A stretch of 64,000 nucleotides of DNA from NCBI RefSeq assembly GCF_964213995.1, contig NW_027590189.1, positions 434,001 to 498,000 of the forward strand, given 5' to 3'. The notes under the pieces were generated by a model. It saw only the letters and a program-made list of their open reading frames with translations, searched no databases and was not told the origin of the DNA. Below, piece by piece: positions 1-13,449 of this stretch (its first letter is position 1; the number at the start of each line of letters is the position of its first letter). The translations under genes and the position numbers were made by a program. This DNA comes from Mustelus asterias. Its lineage: Eukaryota.

Positions 1-335
1 GTCCGAGCCTCTCCTACTAATGAAATATCAGCCCCAAGTATACTCTATCCAGGCCTTTCATTATTCTGTAAGTTTCAATGATATCCCCCTCCTCATCCTT
101 CCAAACTCCATCGAGTATAGACCCAAAGTCCTCAGACGCTCCTCATGCGTTAAGTCTTTCATTCCCCGGATCATTCTTCTGAACCTCTTCTGGACCCTCT
201 CCAAATCCAACACATCCGTCCTCGGATACGGGGCCTAAAATTGCTGACAATATTCTGAATGTGGTCTGAACAGAGTCTTATAAAAACTCAACAGTATACC
301 CCTGCTTTTATATCCTAGTGATCTCAAAATGAACG
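1..335 (-). mobile_element. CR1-type LINE fragment (C-terminal part of RT)
   Basis: Minus strand resembles the '...LYKTL.RPH.EY..QF.AP....DVL.LERVQ.RF.RMIPG' region of the intact CR1 ORF2 at 31858-34740; degenerate. Confidence 0.75.
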
Positions 336-700
336 CGAGCAGAGGGAGCTCTGTTACATAGAATGAATACTGAAAGATTTACGGTCCGACCCTCCATTAT
401 TTCCAACTTTCCATAACTCCCTGACCAGCAACATCCCATCTCGGCTGTAAATGTTCTACTTTGGGTATAAAAAGTGTTGGATTGAAGGGGGTTAAGTGAA
501 GCTGTTTGTTTAGTGACTGTAATTGATGTGAGTCTCCATGGATCCGATTAGTGTGTCTGGAGGGATTCCCCTCTTCTATTAATAAGGGGTTCCGTTCAAT
601 GTGTTGTCCCATTGAGTCAGCGGGAGCGGCAACTCCGACACCAACAGAGATCAGCGGCTGTGGAGAGAGAGGGAGGGAGAGGAGAGATCAGAATCCGGGG

Positions 701-808
701 AACAATGGATTGGAATGTTTCAACAATGGATCAGAATCTGGGAACAATGGATTGGAATGTTCCAACAATGGATCAGAATCTGGGAACAATGGATTGGAAT
801 GTTCCAAC
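701..808 (+). repeat. 21-bp/42-bp coding tandem repeat (MDWNVST/MDQNLGT) in the GPCR N-terminus
   Basis: Alternating aacaatggattggaatgttyc and aacaatggatcagaatctggg units, five in total. Confidence 0.85.
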
Positions 809-3800
809 CAAGGACAGGAGTTTATTCTATTGGATTTCTTGGTTTACTGCAGATTATTCGTGGGTAACATCACCTCATCGGATTGAATATCTACTGAAGG
901 CGATTCAGTGCATTTACTATCCCCTCCTGGCGATTGTTGGTGTTCCGGGTAAGTCCCTGGCTGGAATTGTACCGGCCCGACCGCCACGGGAATCGGAGCA
1001 GGCGAGGGGCGGAGCATGGGAAGGTCTGTTGAACACGGGTGGGATTTTGCAGCTTTGGGAAGAGTGAGGCTGTAAACTCCCGTCCCCTGTATCCAGCTCC
1101 TAATTCTAGAAAGGCTGTTTAACTGTATTGATTTCCTTGACATTTACTGTACTCGGTTTGCTGCTCTTGTTTCTGTTGAATCTCAGTCTCCGGTTATTAA
1201 TTCTTTCAGCCACTGACAATTGTCTGAGGGCCTATGGGCTAGGATGTCTTCTGTGTGCTGTGACTTTCCATAGACATGTGACCTCAAACGTTATTCCATC
1301 GTGAGTAAAAGATTGAGACAGAATCATTTTTACCCTCTGCATATAACACCAGTTCACCCACCAAATCACCACGCCACGGAATCAATTTTATTGGTCATAT
1401 ATGCACAGCAGGATCCCACAGAGAGAGAACATATTTCATAAAATTTTAAATTTATGCGTCAGTGTCACACAAGTATGCGAACATTAACATTGCAATGAAG
1501 TTACTATAAAAATCCCCGAGTCGCCACACTCCAGCACCTGTTCAGGTACACTGAGGGAGAATTTAGCATGGCCAATGCACCTAACCAGCACAACTTTCAG
1601 AGTGTGGGAGGAAACCGGAGCACCTGGAGGAAACTCACGCAGACACAGGGAGAATGTGCAGACTCTGCACAGACAGCAGCCAAAACTGGAATTGATCCAG
1701 GGCCCCTAGTGCTATGAGGCAACAATGCTATCCCTTGCACCATCACAAACTCTCCTAGAGTCACAGGAACACAAACACACAGACACACGCGAACGCACAT
1801 ATATTAATACAGACATTTCCTTATAGAAGCAATCAGATTAGACACTTACTCGCGCACACACAAATTCAAGATCCAAAATTGCTGTAACACTCCAGAATAA
1901 CGCACACTTAGGAATACTCGTCAGGTACTCTGTTGCTCACACACAAACACACATGCATACTGGTAAAGACAATATAGACACACGCAACACACACACAGTA
2001 GGGGGCAGGATAACAACCACTGCCTGCCCATGGATGGCGTAACAGCCGAGAACTCAGGTCCACGCCCCATTTCACGCCTCTTGCAACCTTCACCCACAAC
2101 GGAAATGGGGCGGATTGAGTCTCCTGCCCATTTCTGGCAAGAGGCTGAATAAATTATTGAAATTTATAATAAAACAAATTTAATTAAAATTAGCGAGCCT
2201 GGGATGTAATCGTCCGGGCACGCTTACCTTTGCAGCCTCACCGGGAGAGGTTGTGTCCAGTGAGGAAAAGAGCTGGCCACATGTATGAGGACGAGTTGTG
2301 ATGGCCTCGCCGGTAGAAGCGAAGGCCATTGAGGACACCGGGCAAGGTCGAGGGCAAAGGGCAAAGGGCACCGGGCAGTACCAGGGGGTGGTGCCTGAGG
2401 TGGCAGGGTCTACAGAGCGGAGCCTGAAGATAGCGGCGCCTGCGGGCCATGGCGTGCAGGAGCGGGACCTGCAGGGGTGGGAGTTGAAGGGGCAGGTCCT
2501 GAAGGCAGATGGGCCCTTGGGGAGCGGGCTGATCCATTCAGGAGAGTGGCCCAATGCCACGCTGCATGTGATTGGTGGAGTAGGGAGCGCACCCTCACTG
2601 CTGCTCTGCACGAGATTGGTGAGTGTAGCGGGTCCTCCAGCCACTCTGCACACGATCGGTGAGGCAGGGATGGGGTCTCGCTGCCTCTCCGCGTGCACAG
2701 TGGGTTAGGGAGGGTGTCCCTTAGCCTCTCTGCATGCACAGTGAGGTAGGGAGGGTGGGCGTGCTTCCTCTCTACATGCACAGTTGCGTAGGGAGGGTGT
2801 CCCTCTGCCTCTCTGCATGCACAGTGGTGTAGGGAGGGGGTCTCGCTGCCTCTCTGCATGCACAGTGGGGTAGCGAGGGAGTCTCGCTGCCTCTCTGCAT
2901 GCACAGTGGGGCAGGGAGGGTGCCTCGCTGCCTCTCTGCATGCACAGTGGGTTAGGGAGGGCGTCTCGCTGCCTCTCTGCATGCACAGTGGGGTAGGGAG
3001 GGGGTCTCGCTGCCTCTCTGCATGCACAGTGGGGCAGGGAGGGTTCCTCGCTGCCTCTCTGCATGCACAGTGGGTTAGGGAGGGGGTCTCGCTGCCTCTC
3101 TGCGTGCAAAGTGGGGTAGGGGAGGGTCTGGCTGCCTCTCTGCATACACAGTGGGGTAGGGAGGGTGTCTCGCTGCCTTTCTGCATGCACAGTGGGGTAG
3201 GACGGGGGTTCTCGCTGCCTCTCTGCATGCACAGTGGGGTAGCGAGGGGGTCTCGCTGCCTCTCTGCTGCACAGTGGGGTAGGAAGGGGGTGTCGTTGCG
3301 TCTGCATGCACAGTGGGATAGGGAGGGGGAACTCGCTGCCTCTGTGAATGCACAGTGGGTTAGGGAGGGGAATCTTGCTGCCTCTCTGCATGCACAGTGG
3401 GGCAGGGAGGGTTCCTCGCTGCCTCTCTGCATGCACAGTGGGTTAGGGAGGGGGTCTCGCTGCCTCTCTGCGTGCAAAGTGGGGTAGGGGAGGGTCTGGC
3501 TGCCTCTCTGCATACACAGTGGGGTAGGGAGGGTGTCTCGCTGCCTTTCTGCATGCACAGTGGGGTAGGACGGGGGTTCTCGCTGCCTCTCTGCATGCAC
3601 AGTGGGGTAGCGAGGGGGTCTCGCTGCCTCTCTGCTGCACAGTGGGGTAGGAAGGGGGTGTCGTTGCGTCTGCATGCACAGTGGGATAGGGAGGGGGATC
3701 TCGCTGCCTCTGTGAATGCACAGTGGGTTAGGGAGGGGAATCTCGCTGCCTCTCTGCATGCACAGTGGGGTAGGGAGGGGGTTCTCGCTGCCTCTCTGCA

Positions 3801-6457
3801 TGTAATTGGTGTGGGGGAAGGGTGGATTATTGGTCTGGGATATGGGGAAGCGGGGGCCCTCTATCCGGTCGGGGGCTGCTCGCGAAGAGCTGCGGCCCCT
3901 AGACTATCTGGATCGTCATGGAGGGACCAGGACAGGTTGTTGGTGATCTAGACCCATAAAAACTTGATGCTCTCGACCATTTGAACTTCATCCCAATGTT
4001 TAGACAGGGGCATGTACTCCACTCTGCTTCCTGAAGTCGATGACTATCTCCTTTGCTTTGTTGGCATTCAGGAAGAGATTATTGTGGTCGCACCAGTTCA
4101 CCAGATTCTCCAGCTCTTCCCTGTCCTCGATCTCATTGTTGTTTGAGATCCGACCCACTGGTGTCATCAGCAAACTTGGAAATCGAGTTGGAGGGGAATT
4201 TGGCCACACAGTCATCGGCGTATAAGGAGGATAGTAAGGAGCTGAGGGCACAGCCTTGTGGGGCACCGCTGTTGAGGATGATTGTGGAGGAGGTGTTGTT
4301 GACTTTCCTTATTTATTGCTTTCTGCGTGTCAGGAAGTTCCGGATCAAATTGTAGAGGCAGGAGCCGAACCCCAGGACACGGAATTTGGACATGAGCTTT
4401 GGAGGAATAATGATGATAAAGGCTGAGCTGAAGTCGCTAAACACGAGTCTGTGTTCCAGGGTTCACTGTAGGGTGAGGGAGATGGCGTCTGTGGATGTTG
4501 TGGCGGTAGGTGAACTGTAGTGGATCCACACAATCTGGGAGGCTGGATTTGATTTATGCCATGACTAATCTTTGATGCATTTCATAATATTGAATGTTAG
4601 AGTCACCGGACGATAGTCATTAAGGCCGGCTGCTTGGCTTTTCTTTGGTACCGGCCTTGGTTTGAGTTTTTCTTACTTCGTGCATAGATTAGCAACTTTC
4701 CTGCTGAGAGAGGACTCACTAAGCTTCAGTGGTCCTGTAGGCCATAGTGGAAGAGCAGCAAACGCACTGGGCACTCGAGACGGTAGCTATTCACTGAACC
4801 CTGAAGTTTTCTCCCACTGATGAAAGCAAACCCTGCTACTTGTGTTCTGTGTGAGATGACTGTTTCTTCCTGTGTTGTGCTACCGGTGGCCACAATGCTG
4901 TGGTCTCCTCTCCAGGGTACAGTCCTGTGTAAGTATAATAGAGTCGGAACTGTTGAGGCATCAGGATCTCCCTCTGCCAACTTTTAGTATTGTCCAGAGG
5001 CAAGGGTGAAGCCAGTACTGTTTGGTACCAGCTCTGCTGCAGAGGTTGTCAGTAAGCTGTCTGAGAGACGACAGATAACCACCTACAGGACTCCACTCCG
5101 GATTCTCTGACAGGGTTTACTCCCTCAGCCTTCTTACCCTCCAAATCCCCCACAAGGTAGAGGGGCTATTCACCCGTAGCTGAGTGAGGGTCAATGTTGT
5201 GGACTCCCCGGAAAACACTCACTCAAGTGTATACCATTGTGTCACTACCATGGAGCAGAATGGTGACACAGTGGTTAGCACTGCTGACTATCAGCATCAG
5301 GGACCTGGGTTCAATTCCAGGCTTGAGTCACTGTCTGTGTGGAGTTTGGACCTTCTCCCCGTGTCTGTGGGGGTTTCCTCCAGGTACTCCACTTTCCTCT
5401 CACACTGCAAAAGACGTGCTGGATTTTCTAAAAGCATAGATTTAATTCTTCTGTGTCTGTGCACATTATTTTTATTTTCACCCGTCCTCAGTCTGAATTG
5501 TAATTTCTTCCCCTGAATCATATCTAATTTCATTATTTATTTTCCTTCCTGACAGTGAACATAATCACAATTGTGACACTGATGAGCAGAAACTGTGGTC
5601 TGTCCAAATGTGTCACTCGTTACCTGGTGGCCATGTCAGTGGGGGATCTGCTGGTCGTTATCCTCGACCTGATATTGAGACACATTCCCATTGTTTATTG
5701 GGAACAGTTTTCTTTCCTGTACTCGCTCCCCGTGTGTAATATTCACGCCGTCTTGGTGTATGCAGCCACTGACTGTTCTGTCTGGTTCACCGTCACTTTC
5801 ACCTTTGATCGATTTGTGGCCATTTGCTGCCCCAAGCTGAAAAGTAAATATTGCAGTGAGAAATCATCGGCTGTGGTTCTGGGAACAGTGACGGTGCTGA
5901 GCTGTTTAAAGAACATTTTCTGGTATTTTATGTTATTAAATGTATATCGGCTGATGAACAACCCCTCGTTTTGTGGCTTCACAATGGATGTTGCGTTCTC
6001 TCCGGTCTGGGTAACAATCGAGATCCTCCACCACATTCTAACCCCGACTGTCCCATTCGTCCTGATTCTGCTGCTCAATGCTTTCACCGTCAGACACATT
6101 TTAGTGAGCAGCAGAGCTCGCAGGAGACTCCGGGCTCACAGCAGTGGGGAGATTCCCAGAGACCTAGAGATGGAGAGTCGAAGGAAATCCATCATTTTAC
6201 TGTTTGTTATCTCAGCCAATTTCATCCTCTTATGGTCAACATTAATGGTCTTTTCAATATGGGGTCAGATGTATAATTTGGGCTTCCGGTTAGTGTGGTT
6301 AGATTACTTTGTTATGGATTTGGGCTTCATGCTGCAACTCCTGAGTTGCTGCACAAACACTGCCATTTATGCTGTGACACAGACTCACTTCAGGCAGCAG
6401 CTGAAAAATCTGCTGAAAGCTCCCCTTACTGCAATTCTTCGACTCATTAAACCCTGA
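705..6457 (+). CDS. Two-exon class A GPCR, GPR139/GPR142-like (shark-expanded family); exon 1 705-948, exon 2 5556-6457
   Basis: Exon 1 ends IYYPLLAIVGVP-G|gtaagt (donor 949). Phase-1 acceptor ttcctgacag| at 5555 restores VPVNIITIV. Exon 2 has TM2 LVAMSVGDLLV, FTFDRFVAIC (DRY-like), TM5-7 and LLSCCTNTAIY. Start codon is uncertain because several in-frame ATGs lie in an N-terminal repeat. Confidence 0.88.
1481..1743 (-). mobile_element. tRNA-derived shark SINE (HE1-like head, 'gtaacttcattgca' tail variant)
   Basis: Reverse complement shows degenerate A/B boxes, the core 'tctccctgtgtctgcgtgagtttcctcc' and the same tail as the SINE at 26690. Confidence 0.8.
2660..3801. repeat. ~41-bp minisatellite (ctcgctgcctctctgcatgcacagtggggtagggagggggt) with a 368-bp higher-order duplication, inside the GPCR intron
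   Basis: Directly visible tandem units. ORFs 3075..3353 and 3443..3721 are near-identical at an offset of 368 bp. Confidence 0.95.
3945..4660 (-). mobile_element. Rex1/Babar-like LINE RT fragment
   Basis: Minus-strand peptides across frameshifts: GAPQGC.LS, KFADDT, GRISNNNE..DREELENLVNWCDHNNLFLNANKAKEIVIDFRK, EVQMVESIKF.G. Confidence 0.75.
5260..5421 (+). mobile_element. SINE 5' fragment (HE1-like)
   Basis: tggtgacacagtggttagcactgctg (A box), gggttcaattcc (B box), core ctccccgtgtctg. Confidence 0.8.
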
Positions 6458-6759
6458 GAGGAAACTACAACCACAAGACCCCTGACTCTTCCTATTGGAC
6501 ATTCAAACTACACATAACAAACAGCCTCACAGAGACAGAAAGAGTGACAGATAGAGAGAGAGGGGGCAGTGAGAGCAACAGTGAGAGTGATAGAGAGACA
6601 GAGAGAGGGAAGGGCACAAATAATGGAGTGTGACAAATTTTGAAAGAGTTTCTAACAGGTTCAGGGATAGAAACAGAGACAGTTTGCTGTTTTTCAATCT
6701 GCGACGAACACCCCAGAGTCCAATTTTGGTAAATTTCCACTGCTGCATTTGCTATTTCC

Positions 6760-8180
6760 CCCACCATCTATTTTAATACCTTGGGATGCATTCCATCAGG
6801 GCCAGGAAACTTGTCTTCCTTTAGCCCCATTAACTTGCCCAACACTACCTCTTTAGTGATAATGATAGTTTCTAGAGCCTCACCTGCCATAGCCTTCCGG
6901 TCATCAATGTTTGGCATGTTATTTCTGTCTTCCACTGTGAAGACCGACACAAAATACCTGTTTAATGCCACAGCCATTTTTTAATTTCCAGTTATTACAT
7001 CTCCCTTCTCATCCCCTAAACGACTAATAACCGACCTATAATTTCCTGTCTGCTGCCTACCTCCTTACTTAAACAGCGGTGTTACATTAGCTACTTTCCA
7101 GTCCTCTGGTATCCTCCCTGCCTCCAGTGATTCCTGAAAGATCACCACCAATGCCTCCACAATTTCCTCACCTATCTCGAATAGAATCCTGGGGTGTAGT
7201 CCATCCGGTCCAGGTGATTTATCCACCGACAGACTTTTCAGTTTCCCCAGAACCTTCTCCTTAGTGATGGCCACTACACCCACCTGTGCACTCTGACTCT
7301 CCTGGAGCTCCGGCATCCCACTGGTGTCTTCCACCGTGAAGACTGATGCAAAGTAACTATTCAGTTCCTCTGCCATTTCTTTGTTTCCTATTACTCCTTC
7401 TCCAGTCTCATTTTCCAGTGGTCCAATGGCTATTTTTGCCTCTCTCTCTTACCTTTTATATATTGAAAAACACTCTTCCTATCGTCTTTTATATTACAAG
7501 CTGGCTTACACTCATATTTCATCTTCTCCCCCCTTATTGCTTTTTTAGTTGTCCTCTGCTCGCTTTTAAAGGCTTCCCAATCCTCTGCCTTCCCACTAAT
7601 CCTTGCCACTTTCTATGCTTTTTCTTTTGCTTTTATGTCGTCCTTGACTTCTCCATCATCCATGGATGCCTCGTCCTCCCTGTGGCATGTTTCTTCCTCC
7701 TTGGGAAGAATTTCTGTTGTGCCTCCGGAATAACTCTCAAAATCTCCTGCCATTGATGTTCCACTGTCTTCCCTGCCAGGCTCCCTTTCCAATCAACTCT
7801 GGCCAGCTCCTCCCTCATGTCCTCGTAGCTACCTTTATTTAATTGTAATACCGTTACATCTGACTCCAGCTCATTCCTCTCAAACTGCGGGGTAAATTCT
7901 ATCATGTTTTGGTCACTGCTCCCTAAGGGTTCCTTCACCTTAAGTTCCCTAATCAAATCTGCCTCATTACACATCACTAAATCCAGAATTGCCTGCTCCC
8001 TAGTCGGCTCTGTCACAAGCTGCTCTAAAAAGCCATCTGTTAGACATTCCACACTTTCCTTTCCTTGGGATCCACTACCTACCTAATTTTCCCAGTCCTC
8101 CTGCATATTGAAGTCCCCCATGATTATTGAAACCTTTCCTTTTGTATCGGCCTTTCCTATCTCCTGATGTATTTTCTGCC
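6760..8180 (-). mobile_element. CR1 LINE ORF2 fragments (endonuclease end to RT start), degenerate
   Basis: ORFs ALNRYFVSVFT..DKFPGPDGMHP, LNSYFASVFT..KSPGPDGLHPRIL..PEDWKVANVTPLFK and EPTREQAILDLV..EPLGSSD. Confidence 0.9.
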
Positions 8181-8855
8181 CCTCATTCTCTCACTATCCT
8201 CATCACTACCCTCAGTCTGTACTTTGCCCTTTACTCCGCCAATCGTACCCGATGTTTATATTTGAAGGCCAGTGTCTGAAGTTCAAAGTCTATTTTTCCT
8301 TCTCCCTTTCCCTTGCCTCCTTTTTTCTCATTTGCTTGTAATTCATATAGATTTAATTATTTTGCTTACTGTTCCTCCCTTTCCATTCCGTTTGCCTGCA
8401 ATTCAAAGAGTTTTAATTATTTTTTGTATTCAGTCAGTTTCATTTGTAACTGAATTCTCGCCATTTCCAACGATTCTGACTGTGCTTCTGACAATTCCAA
8501 ATCCTGTGCTATCGCCACAATTATCTCTTCTTTCCGTAATCTGTCAGATAATGTCAACGTCAATGTGTTTCCAATTCCAAAAGCTTTGCTTTAGTCACCA
8601 TCTGTAAGGTAACTTGCATGAATTTCTCCACCCGCAGAAACTTCTGAGCCTCTGAAAGAGCCATCAATCCAAACCACACTCCCTATTTAAACTCAATACA
8701 ACACCTGAAAAGAAAACACAAATCTGCGCACCACGCACTGTCTTTGAGTTCACTAATCCCAAATCAATCAAAACAGACAGATTTCAACCCCGGAGCCCCC
8801 AGTTGTTATCAGTCAGGTTGGATACTTCCAGGTGTTCCATGAAGCTCCAGTGACC

Positions 8856-9422
8856 TGTAACGCTTTACCTTGAATCTGGCTAGAAGGAGCACGAGAGGTT
8901 TCACTTCAAGTGTGAGTCAACTGACCCACAAGGAACTTTTATTCAAAACAAAGTTTAATTAAGAATATTGTTGACATGTATAGGAAGACAATTAGCAAGA
9001 ACTTTTAACATTTACAAACAAGAAACACTATCATGTATAACTCTGAAGGAAATATCTCGAGTGTGTTCCAACCAAAGCCAACATCCAATCCACAAAACCC
9101 TCCAAATCACCACAATACAGCAGAGGTAAGTGCCGAATTATTACATGTGTCCAGCCTCCTGGGCTGAATGCTCAAAATCCCCTGAGAAGAAACTCAGAAG
9201 AAGTCGTAGCCGATTCTGTTTGCAAAACACAGCTTTTTAAAAAGAGAAGGACAGGACGAGGGAGAAAGAGACTGCTTCTTAGCTTCCACTAAACTGCTTC
9301 CCAAAACTAAACTAAAAGACCAAAAGGAAAAAAAATGATGACCTGACTGCCACAGCTTATCTCCACCTCCATGTAAGCTGCAAGATTCAACAAAACATTC
9401 TTAAAGGTTCATTCACATGACA
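8856..9422 (-). mobile_element. Possible solo LTR
   Basis: Bounded by TGTAAC...ATGACA (TG..CA termini), with AATAAA on the minus strand near 8940. No matching TSD found. Confidence 0.35.
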
Positions 9423-10569
9423 ACATTAACACTCTCGCTCTCAACTCAGGACTCCCCATTACCAAAACACTCTCCCTCTCACACCAACACTATCCTGTCA
9501 CTTCAATACACACCCTTTTCTCAACACCCCCCCCCCCCACCTGCTCACCTCCATACTCCCCTTCCCCTCTCTACCCAATCTCTATCACACAGACATTACA
9601 CCTTTCTCCTCAACACTATCCGTCTCACATCTAAATTCTCCCTCTCACATCTGAATTCACCGCCTGCGATCCACACCTCCCTTATCTTAAAACCCACCCC
9701 TTCTGATCTCAGCGACCATTCCTATCTAAACACTCCCCGCTCTCCTTAATACTCCCCCTCACACATCAACACAGCCCTCTCACATGAACATTCCTTCTCT
9801 CAGCTCGACATGCCCCCTCATCTTAACACTGCCGTGCCTCAATGGATAAATGTCCCTCTCATGTCAAAACTCCCCTACTCACCTCAACACTCTCACCCCT
9901 CAAAACCACATCCTCAATTCAACACTCTCCTCCATCTCAACACACTTCCCCAATCCTCAACACACATCCCCGTACTGCAACATATTCCTTCTCATCGCAA
10001 CAGGCCAATTCTCACCTCAACACTCAACTTCTCACATCTACATTCTCCCACTGACAACATCAGCCCTCTCACCAGAACACCACCTCTCAACTCAACACTC
10101 CCCCACTCAACACAACTCTCCCCCTCCCACCTTAACATATTCCCCCCTCAGAACAATCCTCCCTGCTCACCTGTACATTACCCCAACCACCACAACACTA
10201 CCCATCTGATCTCTACACTCTTCACCCAGCTTCACACTCTCACCTCAAGATCCCCAAGAGATAAATCTCCCGTCCCACACCGCATGGGAGTCGGAGCAGA
10301 CGGGCACAGACCGTGTGAAGATCCCATTACCTCTGGCGGGATTATCCGATTTAGGGGTGAGCGCGGGGGACAAATCCCACCCTCTGTCTCACCACAACAT
10401 TCTCCCCCCATCACGTGAGCTCTCCCTTCTCATCTCAGCACATTGCCTCACCTCAACTCCCACCATCTCATTTTAACTTTCCCCCTCTCACCTCAACAAA
10501 CCCCCCTCATCACAATACACCACCTCTCATCTCATCACTCTCCCTCTCACTGCCACACCCCCTTTCTCC

Positions 10570-13449
10570 TCAACAATCTCTCTCCTCCACACCCACAATC
10601 CCCCCTCCTCCTCGCTCCACCTCCCTCCCTCCCTCCTCCAGGCTCTCCCCTCGCTCTCTCCTCTGGCTCACCCCTCCCTCCTCTACGCTACCCCCTCCCT
10701 CCCTCCCTCCCTCCCTCCCTCCTCCAAACTCTCCCCTCCCTCTCTCCTCCAGGCTCTCCCCTCCCTCCTCCAGGCTCTCCCCTCCCTCCCTCCTCCACGC
10801 CCCCCCTCCCTCCCTCCTCCACGCACCCCCCTCCTCCAAACTCCCCCCTCCCTCCTCCAAACTCCTCCCTCCACGCTCCCCCCTCCCTTCCCCTTCCACG
10901 CTTCCCCCTCCCTCCCTCCTCCACGCCACCCCTCCCTCCCTCCTCCACGCACCCCCCTCCTCCAAACTCCCCCCTCCCTCCTCCAAACTCATCCCTCCCC
11001 CCTCCACGCTCCCCCCTCCCTTCCCCCTCCACGCTTCCCCCTCCCTCGCTCCACCACGCTCCCCCTCCCTCCCTCCTCCCTCCCTCCTCCACGCTCCCCC
11101 CTCCCTCCCTCCTCTACGGTCCCCGCTCCCTCCCTCCTCCAAAATCCCCCCTCCCTCCCTCATGCACGCTCCCCCCTCCCTCCCTCCTCCACGCTCCCCC
11201 CTCCCTCCTTCCTCCACGCTCCCCCCTTTCTCCCTACTCCACACTTCCCCCTCCCTCCCTCCTCCACGCTCCCCTTCCCTCCCCCCTCCACGCTCCCCCC
11301 TCCCTCCCTCCTCCACGCTCCCCCTCAGTCCCTCCTCCACGCTCCCCCCTCCCTCCCTCATCCACGCTCCCCCCTCCCTCCCTCCTCCACGCTCTCCCCT
11401 CCCTCCCTCCTCCACACTCCCCCCTCCCTCCCTCCTCCACGCTCTCCCCTCCCTCCCTCCTCCACGCTCTCCCTCCCTCCCTCCTCCACGCTCCCCCCTC
11501 CCTCCCTCCTCCACGCTCCCCCTTCCCTCCTTCCTCCACGCTCCCCCCTTTCTCCCTCCTCCACACTTCCCACTCCCTCCCTCCTCCACGCTCCCCCTCC
11601 CTCCCCCCTCCATGCTCCCCCTCCCTCCCTCCTCCACGCTCCCCCTCAGTCCCTCCTCCACGCTCCCCCCTCCCTCCCTCATCCACGCTCTCCCCTCCCT
11701 CCTCCACGCTCTCCCCTCCCTCCCTCCTCCACGCTCCCCCCTCCCTCCCTCCTCCACGCTCTCCCCTCCCTCCCTCCTCCACGCTCTCCCTCCCTCCCTC
11801 CTCCACGCTCCCCCTCCCTCCCTCCTCCACGCTCCTCCTCCCTCCCCCTCCACGCTCCCCCCTCCCTCCCTCCTCCACGCTCCCCCCTCCCTCCCTCCTC
11901 CACGCTCCCCCTCCCTCCCCCCTCCACGCTCCCCCCTCCCTCCCTCCTCCACGCTCCCCCTCAGTCCCTCCTCCACGCTCCCCACTCCCTCCCTCATCCA
12001 CGCTCCCCCCTCCCTCCCTCCTCCACGCTCCCCCTCCCTCCCTCCTCCACGCTCTCCCCTCCCTCCCTCCTCCACGCTCTCCCCTCCCTCCACCCTCCAC
12101 GCTCCCCCCTCCCTCCCTCATCGACGCTCCCCCCTCCCTCCCTCCTCCACGCTCTCCCCTCCCTCCCTCCTCCACGCTCCCCCTCCCTCCCTCCTCCACG
12201 CTCCTCCTCCCTCCCCCTCCACGCTCCCCCCTCCCTCCCTCCTCCACGCTCCCCCTCCCTCCCTCCTCCACGCTCCCCCTCCCTCCGCCCTCCACGCTCC
12301 TCCTCCCTCCCCCTCCACGCTCCCCCCTCCCTCCCTCCTCCACGCTCTCCCCTCCCTCCCCCTCCACGCTCCCCCCTCCCTCCCTCCTCCACGCTCCCCC
12401 CTCCCTCCCTCCTCCACGCTCTCCCCTCCCTCCCTCCTCCACGCTCCCCCTCCCTCCCTCCTCCACGCTCCCCCTCCCTCCGCCCTCCACGCTCCCCCTC
12501 CCTCCCTCCTCCACGCTCCCCCCTCCCTCCCCCCTCCACGCTCCCCCCTCACTCCCTCCTCCACGCTCTCCCCTCCCTCCCTCCTCCACGCTCCTCCTCC
12601 CTCCCCCTCCACGCTCCCCCCTCCCTCCCTCCTCCACGCTCCCCCCTCCCTCCCTCCTCCACGCTCCCCCCTCCCTCCTTCCTCCACGCTCCCCCCTTTC
12701 TCCCTCCTCCACACTTCCCCCTCCCTCCCTCCTCCACGCTCCCCCTCCCTCCCCCCTCCACGCTCCCCCCTCCCTCCCTCCTCCACGCTCCCCCTCAGTC
12801 CCTCCTCCACGCTCCCCCTCCCTCCCTCATCCACGCTCCCCCCTCCCTCCCTCCTCCACGCTCTCCCCTCCTTCCCTCCTCCACGCTCCCCCTCCCTCCC
12901 TCCTCCACGCTCTCCCCTCCCTCCCTCCTCCACGCTCCCCCTCCCTCCCTCCTCCACGCTCCTCCTCCCTCCCCCTCCACGCTCCCCCCTCCCTCCCTCC
13001 TCCACGCTCCCCCTCCCTCCCTCCTCCACGCTCCCCCTCCCTCCGCCCTCCACGCTCCTCCTCCCTCCCCCTCCACGCTCCCCCTCCCTCCCTCCTCCAC
13101 GCTCCCCCTCCCTCCCTCCTCCACGCTCCCCCTCCCTCCGCCCTCCACGCTCCCCCCTCCCTCCCTCCTCCACGCTCCTCCTCCCTCCCCCTCCACGCTC
13201 CCCCCTCCCTCCCTCCTCCACGCTCCCCCCTCCCTCCCTCCTCCACGCTCCCCCTCAGTCCCTCCTCCACGCTCCCCCCTCCCTCCCCCCTCCACGCTCC
13301 CCCCTCCCTCCCTCCTCCACGCTCCCCCCTCCCTACCTCATCCACGCTCCCCCCTCCCTCCCTCCTCCACGCTCCCCTTCCCTCCCCCTCCACGCTCCCC
13401 CCTCCCTCTCTCCTCCACGCTCCCCCCTCCCTCTCTCCTCCACGCTCCT
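10570..13449. repeat. ~2.9-kb polypyrimidine minisatellite (cctccacgctcccccctccctccct)n
   Basis: Directly visible. The long Pro/Ser/Leu and Gly/Glu/Arg ORFs here are repeat artefacts. Confidence 0.95.

Noticed and set aside
2180-2660. GC-rich ORFs with faint resemblance to a Harbinger transposase (VLNGLRFY)
   Set aside because: One weak motif, no catalytic residues or reliable termini; needs a profile search.
2660-3801. Minisatellite as a CRISPR array, RSS array (contains cacagtg) or coding ORFs of 200-460 aa
   Set aside because: No unique spacers, no nonamer at 12 or 23 nt from the heptamer-like sequence, and ORFs are open in most frames because of the repeat.
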